Notes: generated by a model from the sequence alone, not told the origin. A stretch of DNA of 59,412 nt from an uncultured Anaerolineales bacterium (GCA_964444825.1 CAYUIS010000010.1:1-59412), one strand, 5' to 3'. Shown: positions 1 through 7,290, counted from the first letter of the stretch. A program made the numbers and translations.

Positions 1-1
1 C

Positions 2-448
2 CTCATTGCAGCCCTGTATCTTCTCGCCTTTGTCCTGGTTCTCGCGCCGTACTACAACTGGTTCTATAGGCAGGCGGTCAATCTTCTGCATACTGTATCA
101 TTCTGGCTATCCCTTTGTGTTATCGTCTTGGTAGTCATTCCACTCTGCCTTTTCGAACGCCGCTTCAAAAGGGCTCTTCTGGCTATCACGGTGGGTTCAC
201 TGATTGTCTTTGCAGGTTGGCGAGTCCAGAGCTGGCGTTATCACATAACAGAGGGGTACATCAAGAGCCACTACTGCGGAGTAGACGAGCCAGCAGCAGA
301 TGACCCAATCCTTGGGGGAATCACAGAAATACGGATAGATAGAACAGCGAGAACCGGTGCTTTCCAGAATGACTCTCATTGCCTGCTTCCGGCCTGCGTA
401 GAGGAGTTCTACTACTGCGACGACGCTACAATAATGATTAGCCCGTAG
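2..448 (+). CDS. hypothetical membrane protein, 5' end outside the window
   Basis: Frame 2 has no stop from the window edge up to the listed TTG at 128. Hydrophobic helices (LIAALYLLAFVLVL, WLSLCVIVLVVIPL, LLAITVGSLIVFAG) are followed by a Cys-containing soluble tail. G+C is visibly lower than the window norm. Confidence 0.5.
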   Translation, partial: LIAALYLLAFVLVLAPYYNWFYRQAVNLLHTVSFWLSLCVIVLVVIPLCLFERRFKRALLAITVGSLIVFAGWRVQSWRYHITEGYIKSHYCGVDEPAADDPILGGITEIRIDRTARTGAFQNDSHCLLPACVEEFYYCDDATIMISP

Positions 449-501
449 TAGTTTGCCTGTCATCCAGAACTTGACCCGCTTGGCGGGCGCTGCTACCCGT
501 T

Positions 502-1155
502 ATGCCGTACGAACGAATGCGGGGGTGCATTATGGAGAATCAGATGGAGGAATCACCAGTCGTGAGGGTTGATTTCCCGGAGGCTGAACGGCTTGCCGAC
601 CTCGCTTCCATCTTCCAGGATCTCGAATTCGCCCTCCAAGCTTGCGAAAGACTTCTAGATGTCATAGACACAGAACATCCAGACTCGGTATTGATGCAGA
701 GCCTCTGGACCGCCGCAGTGATCAGCTATGTGAGGTGTTTTGCAACGGGCAAACGCTTCGGGCTTTCCGAAGAGACTCTCTCAAATCTCAATGGTGAGCC
801 CATTGAAGTCCATCGATTCTACAAGAACCTGCGGGATAAGCATATTGCTCACTCTGTGAGCCCTTTCGATGAGTTTGCGGTGGGTTTGGTCTTGCCTCCG
901 CAAGGATCAGAAAAGAACGAGGTTCAAGGGGTTGCCACTTTGTTCAGGAGACACATTGCCGCGACCCGGCAAGGCATTGAGCAGTTCACTATACTTGCTT
1001 CGGCTCTACGAGAAGAGGTAGGACGCTTAGCGAAGGAGGCCAAGCTTGAGGTCTTGGAAGCAGGGAGGCAAATCTCGTTGGGTGAGTTATATGCGAAACC
1101 ACGCCTACGAGTTTCAGCGCCAGGTCCAGAGGAAGCAGGGCTTGCTCGTGATTGA
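502..1155 (+). CDS. hypothetical protein with an HEPN-like Rx5H motif (LRDKHIAHS)
   Basis: 654-nt ORF. The true start may be the ATG at 544, which sits 6 nt after GGAG. The motif R-D-K-H-I-A-H lies at nt 832-852. The protein looks helical. G+C is lower than the surroundings. Confidence 0.6.
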   Translation: MPYERMRGCIMENQMEESPVVRVDFPEAERLADLASIFQDLEFALQACERLLDVIDTEHPDSVLMQSLWTAAVISYVRCFATGKRFGLSEETLSNLNGEPIEVHRFYKNLRDKHIAHSVSPFDEFAVGLVLPPQGSEKNEVQGVATLFRRHIAATRQGIEQFTILASALREEVGRLAKEAKLEVLEAGRQISLGELYAKPRLRVSAPGPEEAGLARD

Positions 1156-1409
1156 GTTGTACCGCCCAACTGACGCTGCACCCGACCTCGCTGTTGCGTA
1201 CAAAATCGGCGGCTCCGTGGTCCGCCACAGAGCTCTCAGGCCAGGTTTCTCACGCTACGTCCACGGGGCGGCTAACTGCGGATGGGTCAGAACGCCGCCT
1301 AAACCGCTGGCGCTCCACTTAGCGCTTAGGCTGGACTACCCTTATCCGCCGCTCCGTTAACCAGCCCTTCACGCAGTATCCAAAGACCTGCGTATCAAGG
1401 AGACATCAA

Positions 1410-1928
1410 GTGAGCAAAGAAAACAAACAGGAAATCGAAGCCCGCCAACAATTAGAAACGCAATTGGAACCTGGCGAAGAGTTGCTGGCTTATAGCGGTG
1501 GAGTTATCGTCGGGGTATGGAGCACCAAACCTATCTACTTGGGCTTGACAGCGGAGCGACTCATCCTATTACCGTTGAAACGCGGCAAGCCTTCCGGTCA
1601 AGTCTTGAGTATCTGGCGAGAAAACATCAGCTCAATGAGGTGGTCTGGTATTTGGGATAGGCTGAAAATCAAACTGCCAAAGGGTGAATTCGATATCGCT
1701 TGCGGCAAGAGGTATTGGAAAAAGCGTGTCAAAGGCTTGGTTGAAGCTCATACCGAGGTCTCCATACCTCAGTACAACGACACAATAACGAACGAACGAC
1801 GCTTGGAACAAGTAAAGGTTTTTCGAGAACTTGGTCTTGTTGCTTCGGCTCAAGCAGTGAGCGAAGGCTTGCCACTTCCACCTGAGATGGAGCCAGAGGA
1901 TCCTTCTAACGAGTTCTCTCCCCCCTAG
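1410..1928 (+). CDS. hypothetical protein with a bacterial PH-like (bPH/GRAM-like) N-terminal region
   Basis: GTG start 6 nt after AAGGAG. The pattern LEPGEELLAYSGG...LGLTAERLILLP is typical of bacterial PH-domain proteins. The C-terminus is an acidic Pro-rich tail. Confidence 0.65.
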   Translation: MSKENKQEIEARQQLETQLEPGEELLAYSGGVIVGVWSTKPIYLGLTAERLILLPLKRGKPSGQVLSIWRENISSMRWSGIWDRLKIKLPKGEFDIACGKRYWKKRVKGLVEAHTEVSIPQYNDTITNERRLEQVKVFRELGLVASAQAVSEGLPLPPEMEPEDPSNEFSPP

Positions 1929-1959
1929 TAAACCTCCCTCCCCTTCCCCCAAACCGAAC

Positions 1960-1985
1960 AAGGCCCTTGCGGGTGCAAGGGCCTT
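1960..1985. terminator. perfect hairpin between convergent genes
   Basis: AAGGCCCTTGC-gggt-GCAAGGGCCTT: an 11-bp perfect stem with a 4-nt loop. It lies between the stop at 1928 (+) and the stop at 2031 (-). Confidence 0.7.
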
Positions 1986-2030
1986 ACTTGCTGCATGTTG
2001 TCTACGAGCGCGGCGATCTAGAGACCTGCG

Positions 2031-3002
2031 CTACTTTATCAGATCAAAGTCGGTAAAGTCGGCGTGGTGGAATATGATCGATTCCGGTCGGCGCTTGAAC
2101 TTTTCCCCCTCCCAGGAGTGGGTGGCGATGACGTGCAGGGCGCTCTCGGGGATGCCGTGCTTGTAGGACAGGGCCACGCCTGTGAAGGGGTGCCGCAGAT
2201 AGTGGTACATATCGGCAAAGACCGTCTTGCCATCCGCCTCGCGGCGATACTCGATCAGCTTGCCCACGTCGGCCAGCAGCGCACCCACCACCAGCGCGTC
2301 GTGATCGATCGCCACCCGGTCGTCGTAGGCATCCAACAGGACCTGCTCCATCGCGATGCACATACGGCACACCGTGCGCACGTGCTCGATGAAGGTGACC
2401 TCCACGTCCTCGGCCAGCAGGGTGAAGGGGATCTCGGCCAGCCCCTGGACCGTCCACCCGCCGAGGGCCATCCCTTCCTCCCATACCGCCAACGCCTTGG
2501 CCCGCAACTCGGAGTCGCGGATCTCGTCGAACTCGGGGATTAACGCTAACAGGTCTTGCATTGATCTACCTCCTCGAAAGATAATGATCGTCTCATCGCG
2601 CACCAACACCCTATCACCGGTGCGGAAACGCGCGATATCCACTTGGTCCACCATCGGAATCTCGGCAATGATCGCCCCCACCGCCACGACCGGATCGGCC
2701 TCGGCGTTGACGATGGCAGCCGGGGCCAGGCCGTTGCGGGCCAGCCGGTACAGCGTATAGGAGCCGACGGTGCTTCCTTTTCCGGTCGGAAAGACGAGCA
2801 CGCGACCAGCCACGCACTCGCCCTCGAGCGGATGGCCACCCTCGACCACGACGCCCGTATCCGGATCGACCCCACCCAGGAAACCGACAGGCTCGGGCGA
2901 GACCAGGGCCTCGCCCTCGGCCTGACCGGCCTTGACGACCCTGGCCAGAACGCGGCTTCCAGAAGCAGGATCAGGAATCACCGACCGCTCGCATTTTGGC
3001 AT
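2031..3002 (-). CDS. fusion protein: aconitase-X swivel domain (DUF126) plus HD-domain phosphohydrolase-like domain
   Basis: The N-terminal ~147 aa match the DUF126 pattern (GEALVSPEPVGFLGGVDPDTG...VFPTGKGSTVGSYTLYRLARNGLAPAAIVN...VAVGAIIAEIPMV). The C-terminal 176 aa carry HD-type motifs (IEHV, IDHD, LLADVGK, ATHSWEG, HHADFTD). There is no stop between the two parts. An internal GGAGG (2573-2569) lies 7 nt before the ATG at 2561. Confidence 0.8.
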   Translation of the reverse strand: MPKCERSVIPDPASGSRVLARVVKAGQAEGEALVSPEPVGFLGGVDPDTGVVVEGGHPLEGECVAGRVLVFPTGKGSTVGSYTLYRLARNGLAPAAIVNAEADPVVAVGAIIAEIPMVDQVDIARFRTGDRVLVRDETIIIFRGGRSMQDLLALIPEFDEIRDSELRAKALAVWEEGMALGGWTVQGLAEIPFTLLAEDVEVTFIEHVRTVCRMCIAMEQVLLDAYDDRVAIDHDALVVGALLADVGKLIEYRREADGKTVFADMYHYLRHPFTGVALSYKHGIPESALHVIATHSWEGEKFKRRPESIIFHHADFTDFDLIK

Positions 3003-3252
3003 ACTGGGCGCGGGCTGACCGCCAGCCTCCGGCTGCTAGACCATATGGGCATAATACCAATCCGGTTTCTGTGCTCGCCAGGGACACCTGCACTTGTGGC
3101 GCAGGTACAAGTGTCGTCAGATCCCGGCCTTGCGCGGCGAAAACGACGTTTCAGACGGGGATCTGACAGCCTGTCCTGAGTCTGTCGAAGGAATCCCCTT
3201 CGAGCGAGCGAGATTCTTCGCGCTGCTCAGAATGACGGTCCTTGATGTGGAC

Positions 3253-5187
3253 CTAGCGGTCAACGTCAAACGCCTCGATATTCCACAACTCCAGATACTC
3301 GCCGGGATCGAGCATCACCCCACTCACTTCTGGACGCACGGCGACCAGTTTGGGCACCGAGATGAGGGGCAGCACCGGCAGATCGTGGGTAAAGATACGC
3401 TGTGCCTCGTGATGAAAGCGAGTGAACGTCTCCGTCCCGGGCAGCGCCTCCAGCGCCGTCAGACACGCGGCGTCATAGTCCTCGCTGGCATAACCAGGGT
3501 TGTTGCTGGCGGCCCACCAGTTCTCGGGCCCCGGAATCTCGGTCGAGAGGTACAGGCCACACGGCGCATCAAGACCGTTCATCCAGGAAAAGAGCGCCAG
3601 CTCGAATTGGCGTCCAAACACCAAACCGTCAGGGCCGTCGGAAAAGAAGTCCCCGGCGGAGAGATATTCCACCGCCAACCCGATACCGCAGGCCGCAAGG
3701 TTCTCCGAAAGGACGTGCGCCACGCGCTCGCGGGGTGGGTAGTCACCGGTCGTGAGGAGTGTGACGGAAAACGGAACAAAATCGGCGATGCCGCTCACGC
3801 CATGAGCCTCTCGAATGCCATCCCCGTTCTGGTCTGTCCAGCCCACCTCTTCCAACAAAGATATGCCAGCCAGCGGATCGTAATCCCACCGGTACAGGCG
3901 AGCATCCGCATACAGTGGATGGTCTGGAGGAACGTAGCTGTGGACGACGTCGGCCCCTTCAAGCTTGAACGCCTCCTGCGCCACCCGCTCCCGATCGACA
4001 CACATGGCGACCGCCTGGCGCACCCTGACGTCACCAAAGAAATCGGGACGAGTCACCCACCCGGCCCGTCCAATACCAAAGTCCAGATGCTCCCATTCGC
4101 TGCTGGAGGACGAGACGAGCCGCGCCCCCCCTCTCTCAACGGCCGCCAGCAACGGTGTGAGATCGCTGCCCTCGATCAAGTCCTGAGCAATGATGTCGCA
4201 CTCGCCAGCCTCGAGCAGATTGACCGCCTGCCCGAGGTCGGGCACAAAGCGGAACATGACCCGGTCCAGATGGGGCAATCCCTCGGAGGCCCGGAAGTAT
4301 TTGGCGTTGCGGATCAGCTTGATGTGCTCACCTTCGATCCACTCCTCAACGACAAAAGGACCCCAACCGAGCGGCTTTTGGTGCGCGACCTCCGCACTGA
4401 GCAATCGTTCCGCATCAGACCCACCCCACACGTGCCTGGGTAACGGGGAGTAAAAGCTCTGAGGGTACAGTAGATTTCGGTAGCCAGGAATCCCCGCCCA
4501 TACCACTGTCCGCTCGTCTATGGGGTTATAGCTAAGGGTGCGCTCCACCAGCGCTTGCAGGGCGGGATGATCAAACTCGCGGGCCAATTCGAAAGAGTAT
4601 CGAGAATCGTGGGCGGTTAGCGGTTGACCATCTGCCCACGTAATATCAGGTCGCAGCGTAAAAGTCACCACCACCTGTGTCATCGTGACCACCCCACCCT
4701 CGAACGTAACATCCCGACCATCTGCGTTCCGGACGCTCACATCGGGAAGCAACTCGACCGGGAGATCGTCCACGCCCATCACCGTGTCGCCCTCTTTGAC
4801 CCGGACGGTTCGCAGAGAGACATCACCATCGGCCAGGCTGGGGAGTTTCTCCAGAATCACGGGCCGAAACTCGTACCCGTAACTGTCGATGGGCCCATCA
4901 TAGATCGCCTCCAACACATTAAGGGCCGCGCGAGAGGGGCTGCCATAGATAAAGAGCGTATTCGGCTCAGAAGCCTGGCAAACCGTGAGCTCTTTGGGCG
5001 GCACTGGCGTGGGCGTGCTGGTAGGCAGCGGTATAGGCGTGGGGGCCAACGTAGGTGGACCGATGGTAGGGACAAGCGTGGGAAGCGGAACAGGAGTCTG
5101 AGCCTGGCAAGCAGCGAAAAGACTAACAATCAGAAGTGGGAACACTACACAGACAACGATAGAAAGACGATTCATCCTCACTCTCAC
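3253..5187 (-). CDS. ABC-transporter substrate-binding lipoprotein, family 5 (peptide/nickel type)
   Basis: 644 aa with a signal peptide and lipobox-like LFAAC, then a Pro/Thr linker. Length and sequence are typical of SBP_bac_5. No permease or ATPase gene is adjacent. Confidence 0.88.
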   Translation of the reverse strand: MRVRMNRLSIVVCVVFPLLIVSLFAACQAQTPVPLPTLVPTIGPPTLAPTPIPLPTSTPTPVPPKELTVCQASEPNTLFIYGSPSRAALNVLEAIYDGPIDSYGYEFRPVILEKLPSLADGDVSLRTVRVKEGDTVMGVDDLPVELLPDVSVRNADGRDVTFEGGVVTMTQVVVTFTLRPDITWADGQPLTAHDSRYSFELAREFDHPALQALVERTLSYNPIDERTVVWAGIPGYRNLLYPQSFYSPLPRHVWGGSDAERLLSAEVAHQKPLGWGPFVVEEWIEGEHIKLIRNAKYFRASEGLPHLDRVMFRFVPDLGQAVNLLEAGECDIIAQDLIEGSDLTPLLAAVERGGARLVSSSSSEWEHLDFGIGRAGWVTRPDFFGDVRVRQAVAMCVDRERVAQEAFKLEGADVVHSYVPPDHPLYADARLYRWDYDPLAGISLLEEVGWTDQNGDGIREAHGVSGIADFVPFSVTLLTTGDYPPRERVAHVLSENLAACGIGLAVEYLSAGDFFSDGPDGLVFGRQFELALFSWMNGLDAPCGLYLSTEIPGPENWWAASNNPGYASEDYDAACLTALEALPGTETFTRFHHEAQRIFTHDLPVLPLISVPKLVAVRPEVSGVMLDPGEYLELWNIEAFDVDR

Positions 5188-5196
5188 TATATCCGA

Positions 5197-5823
5197 TCAA
5201 GTATCGAACTCGATCACGCGGTATGGATAGACGTTGATGACTTCGGTTCCGAGATAACGGGTGTGACAAGACTCGAGGGCATAGACGTGCTTGTGTCCGT
5301 GAAGCAGGTAGCGAGGCCGGAACCGGGCCATCATTTCCAGGAAAGCCTTAAAACCCCGGTGGGGCCAGTCCTTTGCGTCGTGGATACCGAACGGCGGTGC
5401 ATGGGCGACAAAGATGTCCAAAAAACGGCCCGTGAATACACGGTTCAACAGCAGCTCTGGCATCATTCCCCAGACTCTGAGGGACATCTCTCGCTCCGTG
5501 TACTGGTATGGCGCTCCTGGCTTGTAACGGATCGAGCCCTCCAATCCGCCAAGCAGCAGTCCCTTGGAGCGTACGGTACGGCCATCCAGATTAATCCATC
5601 CACACGGCTCGGTCAGCGTACGCCCGTCAGATAGGTATTCAGGTCCATCGTGATTGCCGTGCACATAGAAACAGGGGACATTCAGCATCGAGACGATGTA
5701 CTCCAGGTAGGAGTAGGACAAATCGCCGCACGAAACCACCATGTCCACATCGCCAAATCGCTCGCGGATCTGCGGGCCATAGATAAGATCGACCACCCGG
5801 TCACTGACTGCGAGAATCTTCAC
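5197..5823 (-). CDS. metallophosphoesterase (calcineurin-like)
   Basis: MKILAVSD...SCGDLSY...YVHGNHD...GHKH motifs. The stop lies 9 nt before the SBP start. Confidence 0.9.
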   Translation of the reverse strand: MKILAVSDRVVDLIYGPQIRERFGDVDMVVSCGDLSYSYLEYIVSMLNVPCFYVHGNHDGPEYLSDGRTLTEPCGWINLDGRTVRSKGLLLGGLEGSIRYKPGAPYQYTEREMSLRVWGMMPELLLNRVFTGRFLDIFVAHAPPFGIHDAKDWPHRGFKAFLEMMARFRPRYLLHGHKHVYALESCHTRYLGTEVINVYPYRVIEFDT

Positions 5824-5830
5824 ACCCGAG

Positions 5831-6133
5831 TCACTCTCCTGACCAATCCCGTTTGTAGTTGATCGCCAGTTTGTCCAGGACGGCCTGTTCCAGGTCTATG
5901 CCGGTGAGGTAGGCCAGTTGGAGCAAGTAGAGCGCCACATCGGCCAGCTCCCCCGCCAACGAACTGGTGTCACCCTCCTCAACCCACTGAAAGTGCTCTA
6001 GGACCTCAGACGCCTCCAAGACAAGCGAGATAGCGATATTCCGTGGCGTCTGCGGGGACGGCGAGTCCTCCCCGTACCAACCCATCGCTTCCACGAAACG
6101 ATTCATCTCATCCGTAAGTTCCTGGATATCCAT
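5831..6133 (-). CDS. MazG-like nucleotide pyrophosphohydrolase (small all-alpha NTP-PPase)
   Basis: EASEVLEHFQW...ELADVALYLLQLAYLTGIDLEQAVLDKL pattern. Candidate starts are GTG 6145, ATG 6139 and ATG 6133. I prefer 6133 or 6139 because a terminator T-tract ends at 6148. Confidence 0.85.
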   Translation of the reverse strand: MDIQELTDEMNRFVEAMGWYGEDSPSPQTPRNIAISLVLEASEVLEHFQWVEEGDTSSLAGELADVALYLLQLAYLTGIDLEQAVLDKLAINYKRDWSGE

Positions 6134-6147
6134 CACCATTCTCACAC

Positions 6148-6181
6148 AAAAAACCAGCCCCCAAATAGTCTGGAGGGCTGG
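6148..6181 (-). terminator. intrinsic terminator inside the 5' leader of the MazG-like operon
   Basis: On the minus strand: CCAGCCCTC / GGGGGCTGG stem (9 bp including one G.U), a 10-nt loop, then TTTTTT (6153-6148). Confidence 0.7.
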
Positions 6182-6315
6182 CTGACCTACTCTGGAGGAA
6201 GAGTTTACACACGCCTACCCAGACCTGCGGTCTGGCTGCGCACAAGGGGGCGGATTGACAAAGACCATTGTGAACATAACACACTCTTTGAAGCCTCGTC
6301 TCCCAACTGAGCGGC

Positions 6316-6344
6316 AGTATACAACGAAAAAAGAGAGATGTCAA
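6316..6344 (-). promoter_or_regulatory. sigma70-type promoter TTGACA-17-TATACT
   Basis: On the minus strand: TTGACA (6344-6339), a 17-nt spacer, TATACT (6321-6316). The predicted TSS is near 6308. Confidence 0.65.
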
Positions 6345-6351
6345 CGTCCTA

Positions 6352-6380
6352 TTTACGCCTGGGAGGTTCTGTGGTAAAAT
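6352..6380 (+). promoter_or_regulatory. promoter TTTACG-17-(TGg)TAAAAT for the EAD-like gene
   Basis: Extended -10 (TGGTAAAAT). It sits back-to-back with the minus-strand promoter, with 7 bp between the two -35 boxes. The ATG at 6421 follows, with GAGGGA 8 nt upstream. Confidence 0.55.
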
Positions 6381-6420
6381 CAACCAGGGGTAGTCTACCC
6401 GCGGATGAGGGATAGAGCCG

Positions 6421-6867
6421 ATGAACCGAAGCCAGTTGCGGCGGATACTTGTCGATCACTTTGATGCCGATGAACTAAAGACGCTGTGCTTCGAGTTGCA
6501 GATAGAATACGACGATCTACTCGGTACAAGCAGAGCGGGAAAAGCCAGAGAACTGATCACGTATCTCGAACGCCGTGACCGTCTACCCGAGGTAGTCAAG
6601 ATCGGCAAAGCAATGCGGCCCAACGCCCCGTGGGAATCTCTCTCCACAGAGGAGAGCCCTATCCTCGACCCAGACCGACGCGAGCGGATCGAATCTCTGC
6701 GCCACCAGCTCTCCGAGGCCGTGGCGAACCTCCGCTTGATCGAGGAGCGCAAAACCCAATACGTGATGGATGTAGATGTCCCCCTCCAACTGGTGAAGCA
6801 AGAGCGAACGTACCGACAAGAGATCGCTGACCTGCAGAAGCAACTGGCGGAATTAGGCGTCGAGTAG
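6421..6867 (+). CDS. stand-alone effector-associated-domain (EAD1-like, death-like adaptor) protein with a coiled-coil tail
   Basis: The N-terminus is LRRILVDHFDADELKTLCFELQIEYDDLLGTSRAGKARELITYLERRDRLPEVV. This matches the pattern seen at the N-termini of STAND/caspase/TPR conflict proteins in Chloroflexi and cyanobacteria. The C-terminus is a heptad-like helix (LRLIEERKTQYVMDVDVPLQLVKQER...). Confidence 0.75.
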   Translation: MNRSQLRRILVDHFDADELKTLCFELQIEYDDLLGTSRAGKARELITYLERRDRLPEVVKIGKAMRPNAPWESLSTEESPILDPDRRERIESLRHQLSEAVANLRLIEERKTQYVMDVDVPLQLVKQERTYRQEIADLQKQLAELGVE

Positions 6868-6876
6868 AGTACAACA

Positions 6877-6903
6877 CAGGCCGGCCTGGATGAGGCCAGC
6901 CTG
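6877..6903. terminator. hairpin between the EAD-like gene and a minus-strand orphan unit
   Basis: CAGGCCGGCC-tggatga-GGCCAGCCTG: a 10-bp stem with one wobble. On the minus strand it is followed by TGTGTTGT. Confidence 0.5.
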
Positions 6904-7109
6904 ACGCCGCCATCCACAGGTAAATTCACCCCGTTCCGACTCAGAACAGCATCAACTCACGATCCAGGATGCGCGTGCGGATCGAATCGACCCCCGCCAG
7001 ATGCTCGTCGAGCGCACTCTGCACATCGGCCTGGTTGCCGAGGCTTCGCAGGGCCGTTCCCTCCACCTCTCTGGATAAGAGCGTCGCCGGGGTATTCAGT
7101 TTGAGCGCG

Positions 7110-7138
7110 ATGATACCATACGGGCATATTGCTGGCAA
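7110..7138 (-). promoter_or_regulatory. promoter TTGCCA-17-(TGg)TATCAT of an orphan short transcription unit
   Basis: On the minus strand: TTGCCA (7138-7133), a 17-nt spacer, TATCAT (7115-7110), preceded by TGg. Confidence 0.5.
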
Positions 7139-7290
7139 GAGAAATCCGGTTGCTTCCGAGAGGGGCACGGGGCATAGACAAATGAAACACTCTACGAAAC
7201 GCTCTTGCCTTATAATGACACGTAGCAGTCCAGATAGAACCGGAATAGCCGGCTGATGAACAACCTGTGGGTATTCTAGCGCCCAAATTG

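Noticed and set aside
3094-4443. 449-aa plus-strand ORF
   Set aside because: It is entirely antisense to the well-supported family-5 SBP gene. Its composition is Arg/Gly/Pro-rich, as expected for a shadow ORF in high-G+C DNA. Its 5' part runs through the intergenic repeat.
4624-5634. 336-aa plus-strand ORF
   Set aside because: It is antisense to the SBP and metallophosphoesterase genes. It has no motifs and shadow-frame composition.
6148-6308. Match of the MazG-like leader to known riboswitch classes (c-di-AMP ydaO, yybP-ykoY, ZTP, ykkC, preQ1, fluoride)
   Set aside because: Comparing by eye with the conserved cores I remember found no convincing match. The leader is left unclassified pending an Infernal scan.
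6108-6383. 91-aa minus-strand ORF across the MazG-like upstream region
   Set aside because: It runs through the promoter, the leader hairpins and the T-tract terminator, and then out of frame into the MazG-like gene. This is non-coding leader sequence.
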